Positions 49,781 through 61,970 of a stretch of DNA of 64,000 bases are shown here, one piece after another. This stretch comes from Callorhinchus milii. Lineage: Eukaryota. The DNA is taken from assembly GCF_018977255.1 (NCBI RefSeq), contig NW_024704743.1:68450001-68514000 (forward strand). Reading direction: 5' to 3'. Under the pieces are notes generated by a model that was given only the letters and a program-made list of their open reading frames with translations, searched no databases and was not told where the DNA came from. The first letter of the stretch is position 1, and every line of letters begins with the position of its first letter. The position numbers were made by a program, and so were the translations under genes.

Positions 49781-50079
49781 TATAGCACCTTTCACATTGG
49801 GAGGATGTCAGAAAGATTGTGAAGGATATACTATAAAGTGTAGTGACTGTGCTTTTTGTAGGTGAACAAATATATCTTAAGGCAGTCTTTAAAGATTGGA
49901 AGGGAGGGTGCAAGGCACAGGTACTCCGGGATAGAGTTCTAGAGAGTGGGAGCAAAATGTCTGAAAGATCACCAACCAAAGTAGGCAGATCCAGCAGGAG
50001 CTATGAAGCTGAGCAGTGTTAGCTCAATGGAGAAAGCAGCAATGGCGATAGGGTTGCAGGAAATTGCATAGTGGAAATA

Positions 50080-51645
50080 AACAACAACAACAACAAGATT
50101 TCATTTTTAGAGTGCCTTTCACGTCGGGAGGACATCCCAAGGCGCTGGACAGTTGGGTCAGGACCCGAGCAGGGGGAAATGGTCAGGGTGAGGGGAGGGA
50201 AGGGAGGGAGCGAGGAGGGGGTAGAGAGTCGAGAGGAGAGCTGAAGGCACGGTCGAAGAGAAAGGTCTTGAGACCGGCCTTGAAGGAGGAAAGGGAGGAG
50301 GCGGCGAAGGCACTGGGGGGTAGAGTTCCAGAGCCCAGGGGCTGAGAGCCCGGCCACCGATGGTAGGGCGGTTGGGGCGGGGGATGTGGAGCAGACCGGA
50401 GCCAGAGGAACGGAGGGTACGGGCAGGTAGGTAGGGGGATAGTCGGTCAGAGAGGTAGGAGGGAGCGAGGCCGTGAATGGCCTTGTAGGTGAGGATGAGG
50501 ATCTTGAATTTGATCCTCTGGGGGATGGGGAGCCAGTGGAGGCGAGCGAGGGTGGGAGTGATGTGGTCCTGGTGCGGGACAGTACACGAGCTGCAGAGTT
50601 CTGAATGACCTGCAGCTTGTGGAGGGAGGTGGCGGGAAGGCCGGCGAGGAGAGAGTTCCCATAGTCCAGCCTTGAGGTGATAAAGGCGTGGACCAGAGTT
50701 TCAGCAGCGTGAGGGGTGAGGTAGTGCCGTAGTCTGGCGATGTTCCGGAGGTGATGGAAGGTGGTGCCAGTTGTGGTGCAGATATGAGGAAGAAAGGACA
50801 GCTCAGGGTCGAACAGAACCCCGAGGTTCCTGACTGCTTTGAGAGGTGGAGAGTGCAGCCTTGGATGCTGATGGTGTCAGCGCCTGAGGTGCGGAGGCGC
50901 TAACGTGAGCCAATCAGGACGGCCTCAGTTTTGCGCACGTTGAGCTGAAGAAAGTTGTCTCTCGTCCAGGACTCGATGTCGGACAGGCAGGCTGTCAGGA
51001 CATCGGTGGTCGTGGAGTTGAGGGTAGAGGAGGAAAGGTAGAGTTGGGTGTCATCCGCATACATGTGGAAGTTAACTCCATGTCTGCGGATAATATCACT
51101 AAGGGGGAGAATATAGAGGGTGAAGAGGAGGGGACCGAGGACAGAGCCCTGAGGGACACCGCATGAGACAGTGTGGGGGCTGGAGGAAAAGCCGTTTGTG
51201 GAAACAAAATGAAGACGGTGGGAGAGGTACGACCTAAACCACTCAAGGAGAGGGCCTTGAAGGTTTTTTTTTTAATCCTTGCATTTGATATAGCGCTTTT
51301 CACGTCGGGAGGACGTCCCAAAGTGCTTCACAGAACACACTGTAAAGTGAATTGACTGTATATTTGTGGGCGAACGCGGCAGCCAATTGCGCACAGCAAT
51401 GTCCCACAAACAGTCGTAGATTGAAAATGACCAATTTTTTTTTATTATTGTTTTTTGGTTTTAGGTTGAGGTGGGAGGACAAGCGGTGGAGGAGGATAGC
51501 GTGGTCGACCGTAGCGAATGCGGCTGATAGGTCAAGGAGGACGAGGAGGCAGCGGGATCCCTGGTTACAGATGGTCAAGATGTCATTAGTGACTTTGACC
51601 AGGGCAGTTTCTGTGCTATGGGCAGCATGGAAACCCGACTGAAGG
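50080..51645 (-). pseudogene. L2 LINE (RT domain to tail, family A) with nested SINE
   Basis: [30 protein letters not shown]; minus strand catgtatgcggatgacacccaactctac (MYADDTQLY); (caa)n end. Confidence 0.96.
51266..51462 (-). mobile_element. Truncated young SINE inserted in L2, oligo-A tail, 5-bp TSD
   Basis: aggtt at 51261-51265 and 51463-51467; L2 sequence is continuous once the insert is removed. Confidence 0.93.
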
Positions 51646-52429
51646 GGAATAAAGAATTATTATGCATCTGATTTTTGTAGAAATATTTTAAAATGCTTAA
51701 CATGAAGGGAACAGGAAATGCCCTTGAAGTAACCTTTATTGTGGGATGATTCCTGCCTGCCACAACACCAGAAAATAATTTCCTCAACACAGAATAGTGC
51801 CAGAAATTGTACTATCATTCAGAGTATTATGAGACTAGCTGACCAAGTACAAAACCTTATGAAGGAACATTGTTTTACTGGAGTAAAAACACAAGAGCTT
51901 AACCGCTCAACTGCAAAACAGCTGGATCTCATTGCTTACTGCTTCACTTAATCAACCTTAAGGGATTTTATACCACTGGTTTTCATTCCAATATGAGGAT
52001 TGCTATCCGAACTCAGGAAGTTCCACGCCTACACTGAAGTACTGGAGCCAGTCTAATGATTCCCCTATCTATTGCTTCAGTTAGCATTGGAAGAACACTA
52101 AAGCATAGCTGATTGTTATTGCAGGTCTTAACATTTTGCAGAATTCTCTAGTGTAATTTAAGTCCACCCAGCACTTGGCAAAATGTTCCAGTTGTTTATT
52201 TATATTCATAACTTTGACATAAACTTTGTTGAAAAAATAGAATAATATAGTAACAGTTTCAGGCAGGAGTATCCTTCAGACAACCTATATGAATTAACAA
52301 AGCATCACGATTCTGGAACAGATATCCCTTTTAAAGATTGCTATTGATATACAATGCAGTGGGATGCTAGAGAGAATATTCCCATAGATTGCATATTAAT
52401 TGTTGTTGAGTACCTTTCATAAACTTTGT

Positions 52430-52814
52430 GGAGTCCTGTAGCTTAGTGGTTAGAGCACTCGCCTCACAAAAGAGAGGACCCGGGTTTGGGTTTGTTTCCC
52501 AGGCAGAGCAAAATATTGGGCAAGTTTCCTTACTCCACACGCTTCTGTTTACCTAGCAGTAAATAGGAACCTGGTTCTCAGTCGATTGGCGGACTAACTT
52601 TTCTGGAGGTAATAACTCCTTCAAAAAAATAATAATAATAATGTGGTCATTCAATCCATGACTGTTTGTGGGACACTGGCGGGTGCATTGGCTGCCGCAT
52701 TTTGCCCACAAATATACAGTCAATTCACTTTACAGTATATTCTGTGAAGTGTTTTGAGACGTCTAGAAGACGTGATAAGACTCTATATCAAATGCAAGGA
52801 TTATTATTATTATT
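52430..52814 (+). mobile_element. Full-length young SINE, long subfamily
   Basis: tRNA-like head, gcttctgtttacctagcagtaaataggaacc segment, standard tail. Confidence 0.95.
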
Positions 52815-53493
52815 AAACGCAGGCTCTTAAAAGAGAAGTGTATTCTAGTGAATTGTCACAGTCTTAAATATTATTATGGTAACTCAGAATGGTACAGCCC
52901 AGAAAAGGGCCATTCAGCCCATCAAGTCTCAGGTGGTATGTTTTTCTATATGAACCACCCAATCTTGCTTGCTCCTATATCCATTACTATCCCGCTGGGC
53001 AGTTTACCAGTATAAAGTACATTAACAATACTTCAGGTAATTGAGGACCTGCCTGGTTTTGCCAGAACAACTCTTGGAGATCCTCCTTCTGCACACTGCA
53101 GCAGTAACATCCAATTTTCTATTGCAGTTTACACTCAAATACAGGGTCCAACTTTAGTTCCAGGTAGAATATTTCCCCTAAAATCTCCCTTAGTTTTTCT
53201 AATCTTTAAAACGTTGCTCTGGTTCAAGCAAATATGCAGCTGGTTGTCAGGGAAACAAAGCCAATTGTTTAATGTGAATGATTTGATTAATGAATCCATC
53301 TCAATTTTATTTCAAAACTCTTCAATCATTTTCATGAGTGGGCAGATCTGCTTATTGAGAACAAATCCTCACCTGTGCCAAATGGAGAACAATTAATACA
53401 GCAAACACTGCAACAGAATAGCTCTTTAATCAACGTCCACTTATCAAGTACAGTGCAGGCTAACCTGCATGATATTATACAATAATAAGAGCA

Positions 53494-53702
53494 AAATAAT
53501 AATCCCTCAAGAAAAAACAAAACAAAACAATTAAATCGATCACTTCAATCCACGACAGTTTGTGGGACACTGCTGTGCGCAATTAGCTGCCGAGTTTCGC
53601 CCACAAATATACAGTAAATTCACTTTACAGTATATTATGTGAAGTGCTTTGAGAAGACATGAAAAGCGCTATATCAAATGCAAGAATTATTATTATTATT
53701 AT
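53494..53702 (+). mobile_element. 5'-truncated young SINE
   Basis: aataataatccctcaag...gtgggacactgctgtgcgcaattagctgcc...aaagcgctatatcaaatgcaag. Confidence 0.9.
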
Positions 53703-54101
53703 AAATGGCTCAGAGAACATGCGTTCCAGTTTTTTTATACAGCACTACATCTTGCTGAAGTCAAGCTGGTTTCATTGTTCAACAAGCTTTCTTTTATCCT
53801 TTATCTTTAGTGCACTCCAACAACCTGAGATGATATTACACTCCTCTGCCAGATGTCTAGTAAAGTTTGCTTTCATTATTTTTAAATGCTCTTCTGCACT
53901 ATAATTAACTGCATCTGCAGGTTATTCTATAAAGATGCAATTACTGATTGTTTTCATAGTTTTCAACTTATATTTATAGTTGCAATGTGACTCCCTTACA
54001 AAGATAGATTATAATGGGGTCTAATAGCCCAAGTACCCTTCAGACAGCAGTACAGTATTTCAAAATGCTGCATCTTTCTCATAATAATGATCATAATGAA
54101 T

Positions 54102-54235
54102 AATAATCTTTGCATTTGATATAGCACCTTATCATATTGATAAAAACAATAGAATAATCCTTGCATTTGATATAGCACCTTATCATATTGATAAAAACAA
54201 TAGAATAATCCTTGCATTTGATATAGCACCTTATC
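54102..54235. repeat. 51-bp tandem repeat (about 2.6 units) built from a SINE tail
   Basis: Unit aataatccttgcatttgatatagcaccttatcatattgataaaaacaatag starting at 54102, 54153, 54204. Confidence 0.95.
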
Positions 54236-54406
54236 GCGTCTTCGAGGTGTCTCAATGCTCTTCACAGTGAATTGACTGTATATTTTGTGGGCAAAATGTT
54301 TGTTTTGGGGGAAAGGCAAGCAAGGGGGACTGAATGAATTGCTCTTTCACAGATACAGAGAGCAGACATAATAAGCCGAGTGGGACGTCCTCCCTACGTG
54401 AAAGGG

Positions 54407-54915
54407 TGGAGGGCAGGGAGGGTAGGAGGGTGGCCGAAGGCTTGGTCGAAGACGCGCCTTGAAGGAGGCAAGACAGGGAGCAAGGAGAAGGGAATGTGGC
54501 ATGGATTTCGAAAGGGTGGGGGCAGAAAGGCTGAAGGCCTGACCGTTGATGGTAAGGCGGGCCAGGAGGGGGCTGCTGAGCGGAGGGAGCGGACAGTTTG
54601 ATATGAGGTCAGCAGGTCATAGAGGTAGGGAGGGGCAATGCTGTGGAGGGCTTTGAAGGCGAGGACATGAGCTACATTGTTCTGGATGATCTGCAGTTTG
54701 TGGTAGGAAGAGTTGGGGAGGCCGAAAGCAGGGAGTTGGTGCAGAGAGTCGAGCCTAGATGTGATAAATGCGTGTATGAGGATTTTGGTAGCCTGCAGTG
54801 TGAGGCAGTAGCGGAGTTGGGCGATGTTGTGGAGGTGGGGGAAGGCAAGAAAGGATAGTTGAGGGTCAAACAAGATTCCGGTTCGGGGCTGGCTCAGTGA
54901 GGTCGAGTGTGCATT
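54407..54915 (-). mobile_element. L2 fragment with internal deletions
   Basis: ORF 54394-54936: GILFDPQLSFL...HAFITSRLD...LQIIQNNVAHVL. Confidence 0.9.
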
Positions 54916-55004
54916 CTTGCATAGAATATACTTCATGCAGGTCTAGAAATAAAGTGCTTGATTACTATTTGTATTGATATTTTTGTCAGCTGCGTGTCTG
55001 ACAC

Positions 55005-55130
55005 ATGGGGAAACCCATCACCATGTTTAAGAGTATCCAAACCAAACTGAGAATTTCTCCCACCTACACATGAAAATTCCTTGTTTAGAATGGAATGCGC
55101 ACTCTCTTCTCAGAAGGATGCATCCTGCTC
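55005..55130 (-). repeat. Repeat family X 3' fragment
   Basis: gagtatccaaaccaaactgagaatttctcccacctacacatgaaaattcc is the reverse of about 40725-40780. Confidence 0.7.
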
Positions 55131-55604
55131 CCGCCTCACTTTCTTCAAGGTCTGACCTAAGCCCTATTTCTTTGATCGCTCTTTCGGTCATCTTTCGTCT
55201 GCCACCCACTTCGTCTCCCACCCGCAGTAGAGGTGCCAAGCCAGGATTGTTAAGCGCACCTTGGGACATTCCTCCTGACCTGAAAGGCACTATAATAATG
55301 TAAATTTGATTTGTAATACATGAAAATCAGGATTGGATCAAGGGTGAAATATCTGCATGTGTGTTGCTGATTTCACAAAGTGAGCGTAAGAATGTCCATA
55401 TTTAAAATGTTACTCTTTACCTACTTATTGGAGAATTACCAAAAGAGTACCTTGTGACATCTGTGGACCTCTTGCAAATCTTCATTGGCTCGTACATCGG
55501 CTCATCTTCATCGGCTACTATACTATACTACTATACCTACAAATACAGTCACAGTACTTACAGAAAAGCTTTGCAAAATGCTTTGAGATAAATCAATGTG
55601 ATAT

Positions 55605-55900
55605 AACAGTCTAGCTCAATTAATAGCACTCTTTTTTCTGAGTCAGATGGTTGTGGTTTCAAGCCACATGTCAGGGTCACGAGATCACAGCCTAGGCTGA
55701 CAATTCATTGCAGTGCCGGGGGAGTGCTCCAATGTTAGAGGTGTTGCCCTTAAGATTAAACATTAAACCAAGGTCCTGTCTACCTGTTCAGCTCGACATT
55801 AAACATCCCATAGCACTATTTGACCAAGGAACGGAGTTTCTCCCAGTGTCATGGCTAACAATGCTCCAGATAAATGTGGTCATTCACTTAATGGTTGTTT
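55605..55900 (+). mobile_element. Old DeuSINE 5' part
   Basis: ctgagtcagatggttgtggtttcaagcc...ctaggctgaca...cctgttcagctcgacattaaacatcccatagcactatttg. Confidence 0.8.
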
Positions 55901-57149
55901 TAGGTTCTGCAAGATTGTTACAGCAAATGTTACAGCAAATAGAATTAATAGCAACCTTTCCACGTCATCATATTTTAGCTAAACTAAATATCATGGTAAC
56001 GTTAGCATCTTTATCCCGGTTAGTTCTGCTCCTGAGACCAGCAGCTCCCATGGACCACTATCCTGAAATGTACGCATGTACGGCTTCCTCTGATCCGTTG
56101 TTATTGAAGCAGATCTTCAGCAAAATAATTACAGGAAACAACTTTAGTTTGTGTGGTGCTGTAGGATTACAAAATAGGGTTTAAAATCAGGATTCACTCA
56201 GACCATTGTACATGGAGATAAGGGGGGAAGAGGGTGACACAAATCATTCTGTCTGTTTGATGCACTAAATATCAAATGGATTGCTGAATTTCACCCAAAT
56301 GATAACCATAAAACTGAACTGATGGCCTTTTCAAAAGGCTTTCTTATCGTTTGTATGTGCACAAGCTAAGTCAAAATATATGTGTGTGGAGAATCCACTG
56401 TGTTGATAAAGAAATATCTGGAGTGAACACTTTTCCTCTTGTCCCAGTCGAATAATAATGAGGCATGGGACCAGAAATAGAGTCATGCTAATATCAGTTG
56501 TTACTCCTTTGCTTTAATTTTTCTGAACATTATGTGTTTGGGGAATACCAATTAAATAGCTGTGCAGCCATTTCTTTCCAAAACTTCAGTACTGAATCAG
56601 CACTGCTAAAGTTCATTAAATGTATATTTAAGTTTTAATGCAACGCAGCATAAATTCCCTTTGCACCACTGAATAGGAATTGATATTGGCACTGTGTCGC
56701 TAGCATTTGCTCTTATATGGCAAAAATAATATTCATTGCAATTATTTTTTGGACTCAGAATATAAATTGTTCACATCAAATCCCAAAGAACCAGAGAGTA
56801 AACATCTTGGAAGTAAAATTGATCATTGTGTTATTGAAACCTCGAACCATCTGTGCTTCTCATGCCCTTACTCATAAACAGTTTGGTTTCTCATAGGGCC
56901 AAAATAAGAATATTTTAAGTGGCTCATATAAAATATTTATTGCAAAAGGTTTGGAGTACACATTATTTTACTTGTAATTTTGCATAAATCTAGTGTACTT
57001 TACATATACATACATAAACTGTAGTTGGCCAGAGAAATAAGGAACCCATTTGGGGTCTCCTTTTGGTAATCGCATGTATGCCATGCTGACCCATTGAAGC
57101 ACAGCTCCAAATGTTGATTAATAATAATAATTCTTGTGTTTCATTGTGT

Positions 57150-57965
57150 TCCTCAGGCTCTGGCAACATCAACCTTCAACCTCCATTGTTGCACACTTCA
57201 ACTCACCAAGCCGGTCAGGAACCTAGGTGTCTTGTTTGACCCTCAACTGTCTTTTCTTCCCCACATCCAAGCTATGACCTGCTCTGCCTTCCCTCACCTC
57301 CGTTACATCGCCCAACTCCGCCAAAACCTCACCCCTCAGGCCGCTGAAACTCTTGTTCATGCCTTCATCACCTCCAGGCTCAACTATGCAAATGCCCTGC
57401 TTGTTGGCCTTTCTAACTCCTCCTTCCACAGGCTACAGATAATCCAGAACTCTGCAGCCCGTGTCCTCTCCTGTACCAAACTCTGTGACCCCATCTCCCC
57501 CACTCTCGCCCGATTTCATTGGCTCCCTATCCTTCAGAGGATGCAGTTCAAGATCCTGGACCTCACATACAAAGCCCTCCATGGCCTCGCCCCACCCTAC
57601 CGCTGTGACCTCCTAACCCCCTACCAACCCGCCCGCTCCCTCCGCTCAGCCGGCTCTGGCCTGCTCCACGTACCCTGACCCACCCGCCCCACCATTGGCA
57701 GGAGAGCCTTCAGCCATTCTGCCCCCAATCTCTGGAATTCCATCCCCCAGTCACTCCACCTCGCCCCCTCCTTAGCCTCCTTCAAGTCCCCCCTCAAGAA
57801 CCTCCTCTATGACCATACCATTGGCCACCCCCCTTCCCCTCCCGTCCCTTCTCCCCCCCCCTGACCCCAGCTCAGGTCTGAAATGCTGTAAACTGTTTAG
57901 CCCTTGGGACGTCCTCCTGACATGAAAGGCGCGATACAAATGTAATCTTGTTGTTGTTGATGTTG
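57150..57965 (+). mobile_element. L2 3' fragment (family A), about 0.8 kb
   Basis: ORF 57136-57678: VRNLGVLFDPQLSFLPHI...HWLPILQRMQFKIL; tail ttgggacgtcctcctgacatgaaaggcgcg. Confidence 0.95.
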
Positions 57966-59234
57966 TGCCGTATCATATCATCAAGATATCTCAAAGCATT
58001 TCACAGGATTTTACTGTGAGATGTAGTGGAAGTGTATTTGTAGGTGAATAATAGATTGTGTCAGAATGGAAGTCCCACAGTATGCCATGATGTAGAAATC
58101 ACTCGATATTACATGGAACATAAAGCTGAAAAAATATACTCTATAACTGCAAACATTTCAAACAGTTCAATAAAATTTCACAGAAGGTAGAATTGACCAG
58201 AGAGAGTGAGAGAGTTACCGTATGTGAAGGACGCCATTTATATACAAATGTAATTTTGTTGTTGTTGTAAATGCAGGTTGTGATTGTCGTTGATGTCATG
58301 GCAGTTTGTGGGACACTGCTGTGCACAAATTGGCTGCTGCGTTCACCCACAAAATACAGTCAATCCACTTTACAGTACACCCAGTGAAGAGTTTTGAGAG
58401 TTTTCAATGACGTGATAAGGCACTATATTGAAATGTAATGATTATCATTATTATTATACTGCAATGAAACAAATATGAAAATAATATTGTGATGAGCACG
58501 TTAGTTCTCCAAATGCACAGTCACTATTCACCACAGAAAAACTCTGTGAAGCACGGTGAGACATTTTGATGTGACAAAGCACTAGAACAATTGCATGGAT
58601 TATTATTATTATTATTATTATCGGATAATTCATCCCGTCTCTTCAGTCAGCCTTACCTTTTCTCTGCACTGGTGTAATTAATGGCAAAGAACCAAAAATA
58701 CACTTTCAGGATTACAGGGGCCAGTAATAAAGATGAATGGAAACTTGGAGTTTGACATAAACTTCCAATTCGAACCATAGAAATCAAAATAAACAAGCAA
58801 AAAAAAGTCTGCTTTTCAAGACCCTTGTCTCATTTTCTCTTCCCTCTAAATCATTCAATAGTAATTGGCTGAATTCAGTGACGACTCCTGTAGTTGATGA
58901 TATAGGGGCTGGATATAGATTCAAAAGCAGTTCTGAGTATTTAGCTCTGCCCTTTTGCTACAAAAAGGACTCAATTTATACTGCGGGATAATTTCAGCAA
59001 CAAGAGGGAGAGTAGAGCCTCAAAAACAAACATCAGAGTCACCAGCCTGGCTGTCGCCTGATTCCGTAATGGTCACGACTGCCCTTCTCTGTCATTGCTC
59101 TGACCTGGATTCTCTTGGCAAGGGTCTGAAAAGGAACAAAGAAATAAATGAAAAGTTAAAGAGAAAAGTTTACCTATTTTTTTTCTTCCTGGTTAATTCA
59201 GAGCTGGAGATAGAGATGAGACCTATTAAATCAC

Positions 59235-60062
59235 TGCTGTCCTCCACACCTCAGGCGCTGACAGCATCGCCGTCCATGGTTGCACATTCCACTTTGCTAA
59301 GCCAGTCTAGAAACTTGGGGTCTTGTTTGACCCTCAACTATCCTTTCTACCCCACATCTGCGCCATGACCCTCTCTGCCTTCCTCCACCACTGCAATGTC
59401 GCCCGGCTCCGACACTGTCTCACACCGCAGGCCGCTGAAACACTCATACACGCCTTCATTACATTGAGGCTCGACTATGCAAAATCATTGCTTGTCGGCC
59501 TCCCAACTCCTTTCTCCACAGGCTGCAGATCATCCAGAACTCTGCAACCCGTGTCCTCTCTCGCACTAGGATCTGCGACCTTATCACCCCTATCCTTGCC
59601 CAACTCCACTGGCTTCCCATCACACAGAGGATACAGTTCAAGATCCTCGTTCTCACCTTCAAAGCCCTCCATGGTCTTGCTCCACCCTACCTCTCGACCT
59701 CCTAAACCCGTACAATCCTGTTCGCTCCCTCCACTCACCGGGCTCTGGCCTGCTTCACATCCCCCGCCTTGTTCATCCCATTATCGGCAGGCAGGGCTTC
59801 CGCCACTCTGCCCCCACCCTCTGGAACTCCATCCCGCAGTCCCTCCATCTCGCCCCCTTCCTCGCCATCTTCAAGATCCATCTCAAGACCCTCCCCTTCG
59901 ACTGTGCTTTCGATCTCCCTGCTTCCCCCCATCCTCCACCCTCCGCCACCCCGACCCCCAGCTCTGGTCCGTAGCTCTGTCTGTCCAGGGCCTTGGGATG
60001 TCCTCTCAATGTGAAAGGTGCCTTACAAATGTAATTTTGTTGTAGTTGTTTGTCGTTGTTGT
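59235..60062 (+). mobile_element. L2 3' fragment (family A), about 0.8 kb
   Basis: FDPQLSFLPHICAMT...HAFITLRLDYAKSLLVGLP; (ttg)n-like tail. Confidence 0.95.
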
Positions 60063-60404
60063 GGTATATTTGCCAGCAGAGCTGAGCAACATTTTTCACA
60101 CAGCAAGTGGAACTTTAGTGATTTTTGTTTGTTGTATTTTTTCTGAATTTAATATGTTTACAATGGCCTGGAAGAGCCGGGTCAGACAAATATTTTTACA
60201 TAATTGAACTCCCTGTTGAAACCAAAATATGAAGAGCCCATAAAGCCCATTTATTTTTTAGGGCGATAAGAAATCCTATTTGTTTTCCTATCTGGCTCTT
60301 GCATGATCTGCAGCCTTGAGGTTGTTGCACTAATCTGCTCTTAACCTGTGGCGATGCCATTACAACTGGCGTTAAAAGGTGAGTGACCCTCGGTTTGTAA
60401 AATA

Positions 60405-60682
60405 TAACAATACTAATCTTTGCATTGCCCATACAGCCTTATCACGTCATCAAGACATCTCAAAGCACTTCCCAGGATATACTATAAAGTGGTTTGACTA
60501 TATATTTTTGGGCGAAACGCAGCAGCCAATCACACACAGCAATGGAGTGAATGACAACATTTTTTTGGGGGGGATTTGTTGGTCAGGACATCGTGAGAAA
60601 CTCCCTTCTCTTTCTGAATAGCTCCGTGAGAACTTTAACATCCACCTGAACAGGCATTATGTTTATTGTCTCATCTGAAGGA
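60405..60682 (-). mobile_element. Old DeuSINE 3' part
   Basis: ctttaacatccacctgaacaggca and reverse SINE tail. Confidence 0.8.
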
Positions 60683-60891
60683 AGAAATGCACAGCAAAAT
60701 ATGCAGCCCCAAATTGTAAATCCCAATGCTGGTAGTTTGCTAGTCAGCCTATTTTTGAGACTTTACCGGCTGCAAATTTCAAACTAGAAGTTGCAAATAA
60801 AGCAACGAATCAGCTTTGTGAATATGACATATTGCACTTCACTTTGGTGAAAAGTCATTTATATAAATTAGCTTTATGCTTTGGATATTAC

Positions 60892-60982
60892 TTTCCTTTC
60901 CAAGGTCTTTCTTCTTTCAGCCGGGTGTCTGCCTCATACAGAATCCTCTTGGGTTCCTTAATACCGTAGTTACTCATTTCGA
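60892..60982 (-). other. Candidate 91-nt coding exon
   Basis: ttctctctag|TC GAA ATG...GGA AA|gtaata; frame EMSNYGIKEPKRILYEADTRLKEERPWKG. Confidence 0.3.
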
Positions 60983-61387
60983 CTAGAGAGAACTCAAAGA
61001 TGTACAGTTTCTGCCTTCCAGTACTGAAGTACACAATGGCTCTCTGGTAAAATCACATCCATTGCCTATGCCTGGATTATCAGAAGCCTAGATATTAGTC
61101 TCTAAAGTCTTTGTTGAGGGATTGGTGGCATTTAACCATCCAAATTCTGCAGTACCTGTTAGCTTGCGCTAGCTAGATTTACATCAGCAAAAAAATATAT
61201 ATCATGAATCTTATCTTTATCATTAATTCTATTGTAAGGTAAGACATAATGGTCTGATTTTGAAACATTAATGTAAAATCAATATAAAACTTAAGTGTCA
61301 GCCTAGCTTACTGGTAGCACTCTTGGCTCTGAGTGAGAAGGTTGTGGGTTCAAGCCTACCTCAGGACTTCGACTCATATAATCTAAG

Positions 61388-61765
61388 ATAATGATAATAA
61401 TCCTTGCATTTGATTTAGCACCTTATCACATCATTGAGACTTCTCAAAACGTTTCACCATATATAATGCAAAGTGAATTGACTGAATATTTTGTGGGTGA
61501 AACTTGGGAGCCAATTATGAACAGCAGTGTCCCACAAACAGTCATGGATTGAGTGACCAAATTATTATTTTTTTATTTAAATTTTTTTAAAGGGATTATT
61601 ACCCCGTAAAAACGATTCGCCAATCGAATAGCAACCAGGTTCCTACTTACTGCTAGGTAAATAGAGCTGTGTGGAGTAAGGAAACTTGCCCAACGTTTCG
61701 CCCTGCCAGGGAATTGAACCCAGGTCCTCCAGCTTGCCAGGCGAGTGTCCCAAGCGCATGACTCC
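61388..61765 (-). mobile_element. Young SINE, long subfamily, abutting a DeuSINE head (61296-61387)
   Basis: Reverse head gaattgaacccaggtcctccagcttgccaggcgagtg; internal ttactgctaggtaaatagag. Confidence 0.92.
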
Positions 61766-61774
61766 TTCTCATCT

Positions 61775-61970
61775 CTATAGAAACTTACAGCACAGAACAA
61801 GGCCATTCAGTCCATCGTGTCTGTACCAGCTCCCTCAAGAGCCATTCTTTCAGTCCCATTTTCCTGCCTTTTCCCCATACTTCTGTGGCTGGCTCCTATT
61901 TAGGTATTTATCTAGTTCCCTCTTGAAGGCCAATATGGCTTCTGCCTCAACCACTGCTCATGGCATATGT
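61775..61970 (-). mobile_element. CR1 3' UTR fragment
   Basis: atagaaacttacagcacagaacaaggccattcagtccatcgtgtctgtaccagctc. Confidence 0.8.

Noticed and set aside
54102..54235. CRISPR-like repeat-spacer array
   Set aside because: The 'spacers' are identical, the unit is a SINE tail, there are no cas genes and the context is eukaryotic
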